A stretch of 64,000 bases of DNA from Nitrospirota bacterium. Lineage in GTDB: Bacteria; Nitrospirota; Thermodesulfovibrionia; Thermodesulfovibrionales; Dissulfurispiraceae. Shown in pieces: positions 19,689 through 31,613 of this stretch. The stretch is taken from NCBI GenBank assembly GCA_963710375.1, contig CAVPZX010000006.1:94467-158466 (forward strand), read 5' to 3'. The position numbers and the translations under genes were made by a program. Below the pieces are notes generated by a model. That model had not been told where the DNA came from and did no database searches. It saw only the letters and a list, made by a program, of their open reading frames with translations. Position 1 is the stretch's first letter; each line of letters starts with the position of its first letter.

Positions 19689-20555
19689 ATGCAAAGCATC
19701 ACTCCAGGGGGAGGAACAATTAATATAAGCGGAAAGACCAAAGTAGTGGGGCTATTCGGCTATCCTGTCGAACATAGCCTTTCACCGCTAATGCACAATG
19801 CCGCTTTTGCGCAGCTGGGTCTGGATTACTGTTACGTAACATTTTTGGTAAAGCCCGATCGCCTGCTTGAAGCGGTGGAAGCGATAAGGGCATTGGACCT
19901 TAAAGGGGTTAACGTCACCGTTCCCCACAAAGAGAAGGTGATGCCTTTCCTGGATTCGATAAGTGAAGAGGCTTCCTTTATCGGTGCGGTCAATACAATT
20001 CGGAACGACGGCGGCACGTTGACAGGCTATAACACTGACGGCAGGGGGTTCATGAGGTCGCTATCAGAGGCCGGGATCGATGTTTCGGGCAAGCGAGTTC
20101 TCGTTGTGGGTGCCGGAGGCGCCTCCCGAGCCGTTGGTTACTATCTTTGCACAGCTGCTTCGGAGGTATCCCTTTATGATGCCCTCATTGAAAAGGCTGA
20201 ACAGTTGGCGCAGCATCTGAACCTTCTGAAAGGCAACGCCCGCGTAATTGACGCTACAGATTTCAAAGAAGGCCGGTTTTTTTCAGGACTGGATATTATT
20301 ATTAACGCTACGCCGCTCGGACTTAACCTTCATGACCCTGTTCCTGTTGACCTCTCACTGCTTAACAATAGCCAAACAGTGTGTGATCTCATTTACAAAG
20401 AGACGCCGCTGCTCCGCAAGGCTTCAGAGCACGGATGCAGAACGCTGGACGGCCTGGGCATGCTCTTATGGCAGGGGATCTTCGCGTTCGAACTCTGGAC
20501 AGGAAAGACGCCTTCCGTTGAGGTAATGCGCAACGCGTTGCATACCGCTCGATAG
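19689..20555 (+). CDS. aroE: Shikimate dehydrogenase
   Basis: HSLSP.MHN, NVTVPHK, GAVNT, NTDG.GF, GAGGA. Confidence 0.96.
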   Translation: MQSITPGGGTINISGKTKVVGLFGYPVEHSLSPLMHNAAFAQLGLDYCYVTFLVKPDRLLEAVEAIRALDLKGVNVTVPHKEKVMPFLDSISEEASFIGAVNTIRNDGGTLTGYNTDGRGFMRSLSEAGIDVSGKRVLVVGAGGASRAVGYYLCTAASEVSLYDALIEKAEQLAQHLNLLKGNARVIDATDFKEGRFFSGLDIIINATPLGLNLHDPVPVDLSLLNNSQTVCDLIYKETPLLRKASEHGCRTLDGLGMLLWQGIFAFELWTGKTPSVEVMRNALHTAR

Positions 20556-20621
20556 GTGCAGTGAACGCCACTGACCCGGCGCCCGGCTTTACAATGCTGC
20601 ACCGCTATGGTAAAATTTCAC

Positions 20622-21134
20622 ATGAAAAGAATAATATTTCTGTTTGTTTTTATATGTTTTTTTGGGGTGATTGCACTGCTTTTCGATAGAGAAGGAGACT
20701 TTAAACCTAAGGTGAATTTGACTGAAAACTCTTACATGGATGGCGTCAGTATTATCCAGAGGAAGGAAGGTGTCGTCAAATGGACGCTGGGCTCGAAAAA
20801 GGCGATATTCCTTAACGAAAACGATGTGAAACTTGTCGGACTTACCATAACCTTTCCTGAAAAGGAGCTTACGCTCACCTCTGACGGAGGCCTGTACGAT
20901 ATCGGAAAGAGAAACCTGAAAATCGATGGTCATATATGTGCATCAACCAAGGATTATGATATAGTTTGTCCCACACTTTTCTGGGATGCGTCGAAGAACG
21001 AACTCACTACTGACCAAAGGGTGCATATGATAGGTAAAAGATTTGATGTTGAGGGTGATGATTTGAACGCAACGAATGACAAGGCAACATTGAACAAAAA
21101 TGTAAAGGCAACATTTTATTATGACAAACAATAA
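20622..21134 (+). CDS. lptC: LPS export periplasmic protein LptC
   Basis: N-terminal TM helix and beta-jellyroll composition; upstream of lptA and lptB. Confidence 0.75.
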   Translation: MKRIIFLFVFICFFGVIALLFDREGDFKPKVNLTENSYMDGVSIIQRKEGVVKWTLGSKKAIFLNENDVKLVGLTITFPEKELTLTSDGGLYDIGKRNLKIDGHICASTKDYDIVCPTLFWDASKNELTTDQRVHMIGKRFDVEGDDLNATNDKATLNKNVKATFYYDKQ

Positions 21135-21633
21135 GGGTCTTTCCGGTGTGATAGCCGGGTTGCTGTTTGCTGCGGTTTTGTTTACGACCGGGGTTTTTGC
21201 AGCTGAAGAACAGAAGAACATTGAGCAAAACAAGAACGTCAAGGAGCCTACAGTTGTCACGTCGCAGAAAATGACAACTGACCAAAAGGCCAAAACCGCG
21301 CTCTTTGAAGGGAATGTGGTAACCAAAAAAGGAGATCGGACTATGTACGCGGACAAGATGCTTGTCCATTATTCGGAAGAAAAGGGCAGCAGTAACATTA
21401 AGGAAATAGATGCCGAGGGCAATGTCAAACTCGTAAGGGGGGATAGAGTGGTAACCTCAAAATTTGCCGTTTACTATGCGGAACCTGAAGAGTATATTGT
21501 ATTTACCGGTGACCCCCGTGCATCGCAAGGAGAGAACGTAGTGACCGGTACAAAAATAACGTACTTTATGAAAGATGATCACTCCGTTGTTGAAAACAGC
21601 AAGGTTTTCATTGTCAACAAAAACAGGCAATAG
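21121..21633 (+). CDS. lptA: LPS transport protein LptA/OstA
   Basis: Signal peptide, FEGNVV, AEGNV, TGDP...QG. Confidence 0.85.
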   Translation: MTNNKGLSGVIAGLLFAAVLFTTGVFAAEEQKNIEQNKNVKEPTVVTSQKMTTDQKAKTALFEGNVVTKKGDRTMYADKMLVHYSEEKGSSNIKEIDAEGNVKLVRGDRVVTSKFAVYYAEPEEYIVFTGDPRASQGENVVTGTKITYFMKDDHSVVENSKVFIVNKNRQ

Positions 21634-21734
21634 GCAATGGGCAATAGGCAATGAAAATAAAACAAAAGGACACGAAGCAGAAAGAGGTTTTTTTTTATTG
21701 TTACATATTTCCTATAGCCTATTGCCTATAGCCT
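21625..21734. repeat. Inverted heptamer array (AGGCAAT)x4 / (ATAGCCT-like)x3
   Basis: aggcaataggcaatgggcaataggcaat, then cctatagcctattgcctatagcct; includes the lptA stop codon. Confidence 0.8.
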
Positions 21735-21744
21735 TTCTATTATT

Positions 21745-22488
21745 ATGAACCGGCATATTCTTGAAATAAGGGATCTTGCGAAAGCGTATGGCAAGAGGTA
21801 TGTGGTAAAAGATATCAATATCTCGGTCAGTACGGGTGAAATTGTGGGACTTCTCGGCCCTAACGGCGCAGGGAAGACTACAACTTTTTATATGGTTGTT
21901 GGTATGATACATCCGGAGCAGGGCAGCATCATGCTTGACGGTGAAGACATACTGGGATTGCCGATGTATATGAGGGCAAGAAAGGGAATGGGCTACCTCC
22001 CGCAGGAACCCTCCATATTCAGAAAGCTGACTGTGAGAGATAATCTGAGGGCGGTTCTGGAGATCAAGGGCCCTGGCGGAAATGGGGGGACGAAGGCGGA
22101 CATGGAGTCGCTAGTCGAAACGCTGCTTGAGGAGTTCAACCTGAAGGAGTTCGCAGACAGGGACGGCTACCGGTTGTCCGGCGGAGAGCGACGGCGAGCT
22201 GAAATTGCAAGGGCCATAGCGCTGCGTCCCATGTTTATGCTTTTTGATGAGCCGTTTGCCGGCATTGACCCTATTGCTGTTATAGAGTTGAAGAAGATGC
22301 TCAACTATTTGAAATCAAAAGGGCTTGGTATATTGATCACTGACCATAACGTGAGAGAAACGCTGTCCATAACCGACAGGGCATACATAATAAACAACGG
22401 TTCTATTCTGGCTGAGGGGATACCTGATGAACTTATTAATAACCCGTCCGTCAAGGAAGCATACCTTGGGGAGGAATTCAGACTCTGA
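21745..22488 (+). CDS. lptB: LPS export ABC ATPase LptB
   Basis: GPNGAGKTT, YLPQEPSIFRKL, LSGGERRR, DEPFAG. Confidence 0.96.
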   Translation: MNRHILEIRDLAKAYGKRYVVKDINISVSTGEIVGLLGPNGAGKTTTFYMVVGMIHPEQGSIMLDGEDILGLPMYMRARKGMGYLPQEPSIFRKLTVRDNLRAVLEIKGPGGNGGTKADMESLVETLLEEFNLKEFADRDGYRLSGGERRRAEIARAIALRPMFMLFDEPFAGIDPIAVIELKKMLNYLKSKGLGILITDHNVRETLSITDRAYIINNGSILAEGIPDELINNPSVKEAYLGEEFRL

Positions 22489-23924
22489 TGGCCCTGGAAA
22501 ATAGACTGGATCTCAGACTTTCTCAGAAGCTTATCCTTACCCCCCAGTTGCAGCAGGCTATCAAACTTCTGCAAATGCCGCAGCTTGAACTGGTCCAGGT
22601 ATTGAGCCAGGAGCTTGTTGATAATCCTTTTCTCGAAGACTCCATCGATGAGCCGTACACAGATGAGGCTGCTGGAGAAGAGACGTCAGCCGAGGCCCCT
22701 GATGAGGTCTTTGATGCAGAGATATCTTTTGATAACCTTGCCAGCTTTAGTGTCGATGATTATTTCGATGAGCGGAGCAGCGACGGAAGAGACCTGGGTT
22801 ATTTTTCGCCCGGCGTCGACGAGCAGCCTTCATATGAATTGTTCTATTCGAAAAAGCCTGACCTTTATGATCATTTGCTGTGGCAGCTCAGGCTCTGCAA
22901 TGAACATGATCGCGTCAGGATGGCGGCCGAGGCGGTCATAGGCAACATCGATGAGGACGGCTACCTCAGGACTTCGGAAGAAGAGCTGGCTTCCGCTCTG
23001 GATACGGATACCGGCACTGTCAGGAAAGCCATTGCGTTGGTCCATAGTTTTGATCCTCCCGGCGTCGGGGCGCGGGACCTCAAGGAGTGCCTGCTGCTGC
23101 AGCTTAATGCACTTAACCTATGCGATACGCTTGTGGGAAAGGTTGTCGGCTGCCACATGGAACTTGTGGAACGGAAAAAATACGCAATGCTTGCAAAGCA
23201 GTACAATGCGACATTGGATGACATTATGACTGCGATAAAAATAATCGAGGGGCTTGAGCCGCGGCCCGGCAGGATATTTTCGAGTACGGAGACCAACTAC
23301 GTCGTGCCTGATGTTTATATAAGCAAAACAGATGAAGGCTATCAGATAGTCCTTAATGAAGAGGGTATGCCGAGATTGGTCCTTAATAACAGCTATCGCA
23401 AGCTTCTACTGAGAAAAGATATGCTTACAAAAGAGGAGCGGGAGTTTTTGAAGGACAAGCTCAAAAAGGCCACCGATTTGATCAAGAGCCTCGACCAGCG
23501 GAACAAGACCATATACAAAGTTTCAGCGAGTATCCTGAAGTTCCAGATCGACTTTTTCGACAGGGGGATGCAGTTTTTAAAACCGTTGAACCTTAAAGAT
23601 GTTGCAACGGACATAGGGATGCATGAGAGCACCATCAGCAGAGTTACCTCGAACAAATTCCTGTCCTGCGATCACGGGGTATCCAGTTTCAGGTTCTTTT
23701 TCAGCAGTGCTATACAGTCCGATGCAGGCGATGTCTCGTCTACCCTGGTTAAAGATTTGATTAAAAAAGTGATAGTCGAAGAGGATCCTATGCGTCCTTT
23801 CAGTGATCAGATGATAGTAGATAAACTGAAAGCACAGAATATAAATATAGCACGCAGGACCGTTGCAAAATACAGGGAGGAACTTAAGATTCCTCCGCAA
23901 AACCAGAGAAAGAAGTACGACTAA
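22488..23924 (+). CDS. rpoN: RNA polymerase sigma-54 factor
   Basis: LTPQLQQAIKLLQ, MHESTISR, RpoN box ARRTVAKYRE. Confidence 0.97.
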   Translation: MALENRLDLRLSQKLILTPQLQQAIKLLQMPQLELVQVLSQELVDNPFLEDSIDEPYTDEAAGEETSAEAPDEVFDAEISFDNLASFSVDDYFDERSSDGRDLGYFSPGVDEQPSYELFYSKKPDLYDHLLWQLRLCNEHDRVRMAAEAVIGNIDEDGYLRTSEEELASALDTDTGTVRKAIALVHSFDPPGVGARDLKECLLLQLNALNLCDTLVGKVVGCHMELVERKKYAMLAKQYNATLDDIMTAIKIIEGLEPRPGRIFSSTETNYVVPDVYISKTDEGYQIVLNEEGMPRLVLNNSYRKLLLRKDMLTKEEREFLKDKLKKATDLIKSLDQRNKTIYKVSASILKFQIDFFDRGMQFLKPLNLKDVATDIGMHESTISRVTSNKFLSCDHGVSSFRFFFSSAIQSDAGDVSSTLVKDLIKKVIVEEDPMRPFSDQMIVDKLKAQNINIARRTVAKYREELKIPPQNQRKKYD

Positions 23925-24104
23925 GGGCTCGTGAATACATGATTTGTGCATTCAGGCGCTCAGATTTGGGTTAGATTTGGCTGATCCGACTGAGCAAGAC
24001 CGCAGGCGTAGCACAGCTACGTTGAGGATTTTGCGACTGAGGATCTGGCAAAGATGGCCTAAATCCGAGATGCATCAATGTGCAAATCATGTATTCGCGA
24101 GCCC
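23925..24104. mobile_element. 180-bp MITE with long terminal inverted repeats and TAA direct repeats
   Basis: gggctcgtgaatacatgatttg ... caaatcatgtattcgcgagccc, flanked by TAA (23922-24) and TAA (24105-07). Confidence 0.75.
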
Positions 24105-24122
24105 TAAAAAGGGAGGGAGTGC

Positions 24123-24641
24123 ATGAACGTTATTATGAATGGCCGTCATCTTGACATAACACCTGCATTGAGAAGTTATGCCGAAGAGAAAATAGGGAGG
24201 TTCGATAAATATTTGTCCAATATTACTGAGGCGGTCGTAACCTTGAGTGTGGAGAAATACAGGCACAAGGCCGAAGTGCTTCTGAAAGTCAATGGTGTAC
24301 AAATCCAGGCTGAGGGAAAGACCGGCGAGGTGTATTCGGCTATAGATCAGGTAGTCGAAAAGCTCGAGAAGCAGGTCGTGAAATATAAAGAGAAGCTGCA
24401 CGATCACCGTAAAGGTGAAAAAAAGACAACAGGGACTCTTGAGGGCGGCGGTACCGAGCGCGGCACAATAATAAAACACAAACGGTTTGATATGAAACCG
24501 ATGAGTTCGGAAGAGGCTGTCAACCATATGGAATTCCTCGACAAGAACTTTTTTGTTTTTACCAATGACAGAAGCGGCGACGTTAATGTTGTCTATCGCC
24601 GTGATGACGGCAATTATGGGTTGATTGAGCCGGCCAAATAG
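24123..24641 (+). CDS. hpf: Long-form ribosome hibernation promoting factor
   Basis: ITPALR.Y...K, YSAID, KPM..EEA, VNVVYRR.DG.YGLI. Confidence 0.93.
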   Translation: MNVIMNGRHLDITPALRSYAEEKIGRFDKYLSNITEAVVTLSVEKYRHKAEVLLKVNGVQIQAEGKTGEVYSAIDQVVEKLEKQVVKYKEKLHDHRKGEKKTTGTLEGGGTERGTIIKHKRFDMKPMSSEEAVNHMEFLDKNFFVFTNDRSGDVNVVYRRDDGNYGLIEPAK

Positions 24642-24652
24642 ATGCCGGAAAG

Positions 24653-25528
24653 ATGGAAACACCTCCGATCGAAGTGATAATAGTCAGCGGGCTCTCGGGA
24701 GCTGGCAAGACCGTTGCTCTGAGGGCCCTTGAGGATGCCGGCTATTTCTGCATAGACAATCTTCCGGTTACACTCATAGAGCCTTTTCTCTCCACAGTTA
24801 GGGCAGGAAAGAACATCAGGAATATCGGGATAGGCGTGGATATCAGAGAGTACTTATTTCTTTCCGACGCATACCGCATAATCTCATCGTTGAAGAGCCA
24901 ATACAATATAAGGATATTGTTTCTTGAGGCTGAGAAAGAGGTCATGGTCCGCCGGTTCAAAGAAACGAGACGGCCCCATCCCATGGTGCCTATCAGCGGG
25001 GAGAAGAATCTCGAAAAAGCTATAGAGGAGGAACGAAAGCTCCTCTCGGTTATCAGAGATGCAGCTGATACTGTGCTGGACACCTCGAATTTTACGCCGC
25101 ATCAGTTGCGCGACCGGATCATTTCGAAGCATGGGACCGGGGAGTCCGGCAGCGCGATCAAGGTCACCATGATCTCTTTCGGTTTTAAGTTCGGGGCGCC
25201 GTATGACCTGGATCTACTCTTCGATGTGAGGTTTTTGCCTAATCCATACTTTATCGCCGAACTCAAGCCGCTTAAAGGAACTGACAGAGCAGTTGCTGAT
25301 TTTGTCCTTAAAAGTGACGAGACTGCCGAGTTTCTCGCTCGCGTCGGCGCGTTGCTGGATTTTACACTGCCTTACTATATGAAGGAGGGGAGGTCTTATC
25401 TCACAATAGGAATAGGGTGCACAGGCGGCAGGCACCGCTCGCCTGCCATTGTGGAGTGGCTGGCCAGGCGCCTTGATTCAAAGTATAAACTGGCTGTAAA
25501 CATAGTTCACAGAGACATCGATACCTGA
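24653..25528 (+). CDS. rapZ: RNase adapter RapZ / P-loop ATPase
   Basis: GLSGAGKT, DNLP, ETRRPHP, SFGFKFG, GCTGGRHRS. Confidence 0.95.
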   Translation: METPPIEVIIVSGLSGAGKTVALRALEDAGYFCIDNLPVTLIEPFLSTVRAGKNIRNIGIGVDIREYLFLSDAYRIISSLKSQYNIRILFLEAEKEVMVRRFKETRRPHPMVPISGEKNLEKAIEEERKLLSVIRDAADTVLDTSNFTPHQLRDRIISKHGTGESGSAIKVTMISFGFKFGAPYDLDLLFDVRFLPNPYFIAELKPLKGTDRAVADFVLKSDETAEFLARVGALLDFTLPYYMKEGRSYLTIGIGCTGGRHRSPAIVEWLARRLDSKYKLAVNIVHRDIDT

Positions 25529-25679
25529 ATAAAACTCTTTCATTTTGACCCGCTTTTTTTTGTTATATAATTATAAAAAATTATAATTGATTATTCGCCT
25601 CTAAATTCTTGACAAAGGTGTGCCTTCATGTGCTATCCTTCTTTTCAATGTTCATAAAAACCATTTCAAAGGTGAAATT

Positions 25680-26099
25680 ATGCTAGAGTTCAATCACTGG
25701 TTTTTTTATCTCCTTGCCAATTTTCTTGTCCTTCTTTTTGTCCTTAATCTCATCCTTTTCCAGCCTATTTTAAAGATAATGAAGGAAAGGGAGGGTGCAA
25801 CCTCCGGCGCGCTTGATGAGGCCAAGTCCATGACCATCAAGAAAGATGAGGCAGTTGCAAGAATGAACGCCGAACTGTTGGCAGCGAGAAATATGGCTAA
25901 AGCGGCATTCGATGGTTTAAGGGAGCAAGGACAATCCCTGCAGAAAGAAACGTTATCAAAGGCCGAAGCTCAGGCTTTGGCGATAATTGAACAGGCAAGG
26001 AAGGAACTGCGGGCCGAGGCCGAGAAGGCCAGGGCTTCTTTAAAGGCCGATATTGAAAAATTCTCCGAAGAGATCGTAAGAAAACTGGTGAAGGCATGA
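25680..26099 (+). CDS. ATP synthase F0 subunit b'
   Basis: TM helix NFLVLLFVLN..LFQP followed by a coiled coil; first gene of the atp operon. Confidence 0.85.
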   Translation: MLEFNHWFFYLLANFLVLLFVLNLILFQPILKIMKEREGATSGALDEAKSMTIKKDEAVARMNAELLAARNMAKAAFDGLREQGQSLQKETLSKAEAQALAIIEQARKELRAEAEKARASLKADIEKFSEEIVRKLVKA

Positions 26100-26710
26100 A
26101 AAAGGTAACTCAAGCTTTGTCCAAATGTGATATATTTTGTCGTTCCGCTTTTATTGCGGCTTCCGGGTTCTGGATTCTGTCGTCTGCCGCTTCTGCCTTT
26201 GCAGCTGAAGGGGGCGGCGAACACGGCGGCGGCTCTGTTATGCAATGGGTTTGGCGTTTGGTCAATTTCGCTATCCTTGTATTCATACTCGTCAAATTCG
26301 GCGGTAAACCCATGAAGGACTATTTCCAGCAGAGAAAGGCCTTGATCGAGAAGAGCATACACGAGGCCCAGGAGGCCAAAGCGCTTGCTGCAAAGGCATT
26401 GGCTGAGGTTGAAGAGAGGCTTAAACTTAAAGACAAGGAAATAGAGGGTATTAAGGCTGCGGCGGTGAGTTCCGGTGAACGTGAGAAGGCCCGTCTAATC
26501 GAGGAAGGTGAACGTCTAAAGGCTAAAATACTTGAGCAGGCAAAGTCCAATATCGATTTTGAGCTCAAAAAGGCGAAGGATGTTATCAAGGCTGAAGCAG
26601 TTGAGGCGGCAATGCAACTCGCGGAAGAGAAAATCAAATCTAAGATGACCAAAGAGGACCAGGACAGGCTTTTGCAGGAATCACTTAAACTGTTAGAGGG
26701 TAAAAATTGA
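26096..26710 (+). CDS. atpF: ATP synthase F0 subunit b
   Basis: VNFAILV TM helix and coiled coil; N-terminal signal-like extension. Confidence 0.88.
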   Translation: MKKVTQALSKCDIFCRSAFIAASGFWILSSAASAFAAEGGGEHGGGSVMQWVWRLVNFAILVFILVKFGGKPMKDYFQQRKALIEKSIHEAQEAKALAAKALAEVEERLKLKDKEIEGIKAAAVSSGEREKARLIEEGERLKAKILEQAKSNIDFELKKAKDVIKAEAVEAAMQLAEEKIKSKMTKEDQDRLLQESLKLLEGKN

Positions 26711-27246
26711 AAAAGATTAAAGGTGTCAAACGATACGCGAAGCAATTTTTGAGTGCTGTTGATTTGAATGAAGTGCCTGAGGGCATTGAACAGTTGGGGG
26801 CCATTTCAAATCTGATGGAGAAAGATAAGGCTTTCAGAAACCTGATGATAAGCCCTGTCTTCAGCGCGGATGAGATCGGGCGCATCATTTCTTATTTAAG
26901 CGTGAAGCTCAAAATGTCAGCCAAGGCTTCCAAATATCTCCAATACTTGGTTGAGACAGGCGCGATAGGTGCACTTTCCGAAATCGTTAGGTCTATACAA
27001 TCCCAATACTTCGATATCAAAAGACGGTCAAAAGCCGTGGTCATTACGTCAGTGCAGGTGGGCAAGGACTATGCAGCACAGTTGTCGGAGTCGTTGAAGC
27101 TGGTTACCGGTGGCGATGTTGACCTTGAGTTCGTTTTGGACCCGTCGCTTCTGGGCGGCGTGACGATAAAGGTCGGCAGTACTATGTATGACAGTAGTAT
27201 AAAGGGCCAGTTGGGGCTTTTAAAAGATAAGCTTATAAAGGGGTGA
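26707..27246 (+). CDS. atpH: ATP synthase delta subunit
   Basis: RYAK...; DPSLLGG..IKVG...YD.SI. Confidence 0.92.
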   Translation: MKKIKGVKRYAKQFLSAVDLNEVPEGIEQLGAISNLMEKDKAFRNLMISPVFSADEIGRIISYLSVKLKMSAKASKYLQYLVETGAIGALSEIVRSIQSQYFDIKRRSKAVVITSVQVGKDYAAQLSESLKLVTGGDVDLEFVLDPSLLGGVTIKVGSTMYDSSIKGQLGLLKDKLIKG

Positions 27247-27250
27247 TTGC

Positions 27251-28759
27251 ATGGAAATCAAGGTAGATGAGATTAGCGAGTATTTGAAAAAGCAAATAAC
27301 CGATTTCGAGAAGCGCGTTGATGTCAGTGAAGTGGGTGTTGTCGTTGCGGTCGGCGACGGTATCTCGAGGGTTTATGGACTCGATAACTGTATGTCTTCA
27401 GAGCTTCTCGAGTTCCCCAATAATGTCTTTGGCATGGCGCTTAACCTTGAAGAAGACATGATTGGAGCGGTCCTGTTCGGTGAGGACACCGACATTAAGG
27501 AAGGCGATGTTGTCAAAAGGACTGGAAAGATCATGTCTGTTCCGGTCGGAGAGGAAATGGTCGGACGGGTTGTTAACGCTATCGGGCAGCCTATTGACGG
27601 CAAAGGGCCGATCAATGCGAAGTCAAGCAGAATTGTTGACGTTGTGGCCCCGGGTATTGTTGATAGGCAGCCGGTCAGGGAGCCGCTTCAGACGGGAATA
27701 AAGGCCATTGATGCGATGATCCCGATTGGAAGGGGACAAAGGGAGCTTATCATCGGTGATCGCCAGACAGGAAAGACGGCGATTGCCCTTGATGCGATCA
27801 TCAACCAGAATGGCGGCGATGTCGTTTGTATTTACGTTGCCATAGGCCAGAAAAGGGCGAGTGTTGCGCGTGTGGTAAAGACCCTTGAACAGTATGGAGC
27901 TATGGAACATACTATAGTGGTTTCTGCAACAGCGAGCGAGCCGGCCCCTATGCAGTATATTGCACCTTATACCGGATGCGCTATAGGCGAATATTTCAGG
28001 GACAACAAAAAACATGCTTTGATTATATATGATGACCTCAGCAAACAGGCTACGTCATACAGGCAGCTCTCGCTCATCCTGAGGCGTCCGCCAGGACGTG
28101 AGGCGTTTCCCGGCGACGTATTCTATCTCCATTCCAGACTGCTGGAAAGAGCGTCGAAACTAAGTGATGAACTTGGCGGAGGCTCACTTACCGCCCTTCC
28201 TATAATTGAGACACAGGCAGGCGACGTTTCAGCCTATATTCCCACAAACGTCATTTCCATTACGGACGGACAAATTTACCTTGAACCGGATCTCTTCTAT
28301 GCCGGCATCAGGCCTGCGGTCAATGTCGGCCTCTCTGTCAGCCGTGTCGGGAGTTCTGCGCAGACAAAAGCGATGAAGCAGGTTGCCGGGACGCTCAGGC
28401 TCGATCTTGCGCAGTTCAGAGAGCTTGCTGCTTTTGCCCAGTTCGGTTCCGACCTCGACAAATCAACAATGGCACAGATCGAGAGAGGAAAGAGGATGGT
28501 TGAGATTCTGAAACAGGACCAGTATGTGCCGCTCCCTATGGAGGACCAGGTCATGCTCCTCTTCGCAGGATCACAGGGCCACCTCGATGATGTTCCGGTT
28601 GAGGCATTAAAAAAGTTTGAGGCCGAATTCGTCAGCTTTATGAAGGACAGAAAGTCCGACCTCAGAAATGAAATCAGGGACAAAAAGGCGATTGATGATA
28701 CGCTGAAAGAGAAACTGAACAGCGCGATAGCAGAATTCAAGAAAGGCTTCATAGCTTAG
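27251..28759 (+). CDS. atpA: ATP synthase alpha subunit
   Basis: [29 protein letters not shown]. Confidence 0.98.
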   Translation: MEIKVDEISEYLKKQITDFEKRVDVSEVGVVVAVGDGISRVYGLDNCMSSELLEFPNNVFGMALNLEEDMIGAVLFGEDTDIKEGDVVKRTGKIMSVPVGEEMVGRVVNAIGQPIDGKGPINAKSSRIVDVVAPGIVDRQPVREPLQTGIKAIDAMIPIGRGQRELIIGDRQTGKTAIALDAIINQNGGDVVCIYVAIGQKRASVARVVKTLEQYGAMEHTIVVSATASEPAPMQYIAPYTGCAIGEYFRDNKKHALIIYDDLSKQATSYRQLSLILRRPPGREAFPGDVFYLHSRLLERASKLSDELGGGSLTALPIIETQAGDVSAYIPTNVISITDGQIYLEPDLFYAGIRPAVNVGLSVSRVGSSAQTKAMKQVAGTLRLDLAQFRELAAFAQFGSDLDKSTMAQIERGKRMVEILKQDQYVPLPMEDQVMLLFAGSQGHLDDVPVEALKKFEAEFVSFMKDRKSDLRNEIRDKKAIDDTLKEKLNSAIAEFKKGFIA

Positions 28760-28770
28760 AGGTATAAAGA

Positions 28771-29658
28771 ATGGCTGGTTTAAAAGAGATACGAAAGAGA
28801 ATAGGGTCTGTTAAAAGCACGAAGCAAATCACAAAAGCTATGAAGATGGTTGCTGCAGCCAAATTCAGGAAGGCGCAGACACGGATTATCGAGCTGCGGC
28901 CATATGCCGATAAGATGCACTCGGTCCTTTCCGGACTGGCCAGGAGTGTTGAAACAGGACATCCCCTTCTCGAAGTCAGGCCCAGGAAAAAGGTTGAGGT
29001 GATGGTCCTCACGAGTGATAAAGGCCTTTGCGGGGCTTTTAACACCAACATTATGAAGGCAGCGGTAAAGCTTATCAAGGAAATCAAGTCTGAAGAGATA
29101 GAGGTGAGCGTCAGCACTATCGGCAAGAAGGGAACGGACCTTTTCAGGAGGAGAGGCCAGGCGGTGAGACGCTCATGGACGGGTATCTCAGGCAGGATTT
29201 CATATTTTAATGCAAAGGAAATCGCGGCTGATATTATAGAGAATTACACGGGCGAACTATTTGACGAAGTCGTTCTTGTATATAACGAGTTTAAGTCGGC
29301 GCTCGTTCAAAAGGTCTCTGTAGTTCGCCTGTTGCCACTTGCAGCAGTGGACGGCCCGCCTGGGCGGGCTGAGCAGCCGGATATTCAGGAGGAAGTCCTC
29401 AGTTTTCTTTGTGAGCCTTCGCAGCAGGCAATATTCGATAATCTGTTGCCGAAGAATCTTGAGATACAGGTTTTCAGGGCTCTTCTCGAATCGCAGGCAT
29501 CGGAAGAAGCCGCGCGCATGACCTCGATGGAAAATGCTACGAAAGCGGCTGATGACATGATATCCAGTTTGACCTTGCAGTATAACAAGGCACGTCAGGC
29601 GTCCATCACGAAGGAATTGATGGATATCGTCGGCGGCGTTGAAGCACTTAAGCAATAA
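28771..29658 (+). CDS. atpG: ATP synthase gamma subunit
   Basis: ITKAMKMVAA, DKGLCG, YNKARQASITKE. Confidence 0.98.
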   Translation: MAGLKEIRKRIGSVKSTKQITKAMKMVAAAKFRKAQTRIIELRPYADKMHSVLSGLARSVETGHPLLEVRPRKKVEVMVLTSDKGLCGAFNTNIMKAAVKLIKEIKSEEIEVSVSTIGKKGTDLFRRRGQAVRRSWTGISGRISYFNAKEIAADIIENYTGELFDEVVLVYNEFKSALVQKVSVVRLLPLAAVDGPPGRAEQPDIQEEVLSFLCEPSQQAIFDNLLPKNLEIQVFRALLESQASEEAARMTSMENATKAADDMISSLTLQYNKARQASITKELMDIVGGVEALKQ

Positions 29659-31107
<1,449 letters not shown>

Positions 31108-31119
31108 GGGGAATTCGGG

Positions 31120-31530
31120 ATGGACAATAAGATAAGACTTGATGTTGTAACGCCTTACGGTCTTGTGATGAGCGAGGATGTCGATGAACTTACTGCCGCC
31201 GGCAGCGAGGGCGAATTTGGCGTCTTGCCCGGTCACGTGCCGTTCATCACAACGCTGAACATAGGGATGCTTATTATTAAGAAAGACGGTCATACAGAAT
31301 ATGTTTTTGTGAGTTCAGGATACTGTGAAGTTACATTTGATAAAGTTGTGGTACTGGCTGATAGCGCTGAGAGGGCTGAGGATATAGATGTTGACAGGGC
31401 TGCCGCAGCCAGACAACGTGCTGAAGAGCGGCTGAAGCAGGCTGAGAAGATTGATTTCGCGCGTGCCACTGCAGCGATCGAAAGGGCAACCATCCGTATC
31501 CAGATAGCAGAGAAAAGGTCTGCAAAATAA
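31120..31530 (+). CDS. atpC: ATP synthase epsilon subunit
   Basis: VVTP, GEFGVLPGH, ID..RA. Confidence 0.95.
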   Translation: MDNKIRLDVVTPYGLVMSEDVDELTAAGSEGEFGVLPGHVPFITTLNIGMLIIKKDGHTEYVFVSSGYCEVTFDKVVVLADSAERAEDIDVDRAAAARQRAEERLKQAEKIDFARATAAIERATIRIQIAEKRSAK

Positions 31531-31542
31531 TAATTGCCGCTT

Positions 31543-31593
31543 AAATTTCGGCAGTTGGTCAAAAACAAACTGACCAACTGCCGAAATTTTTTT
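31543..31593 (+). terminator. Intrinsic terminator of the atp operon
   Basis: aaatttcggcagttggtca ... tgaccaactgccgaaattt followed by a T-tract. Confidence 0.85.
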
Positions 31594-31613
31594 AATTTGT
31601 TGTACGATGTGGC

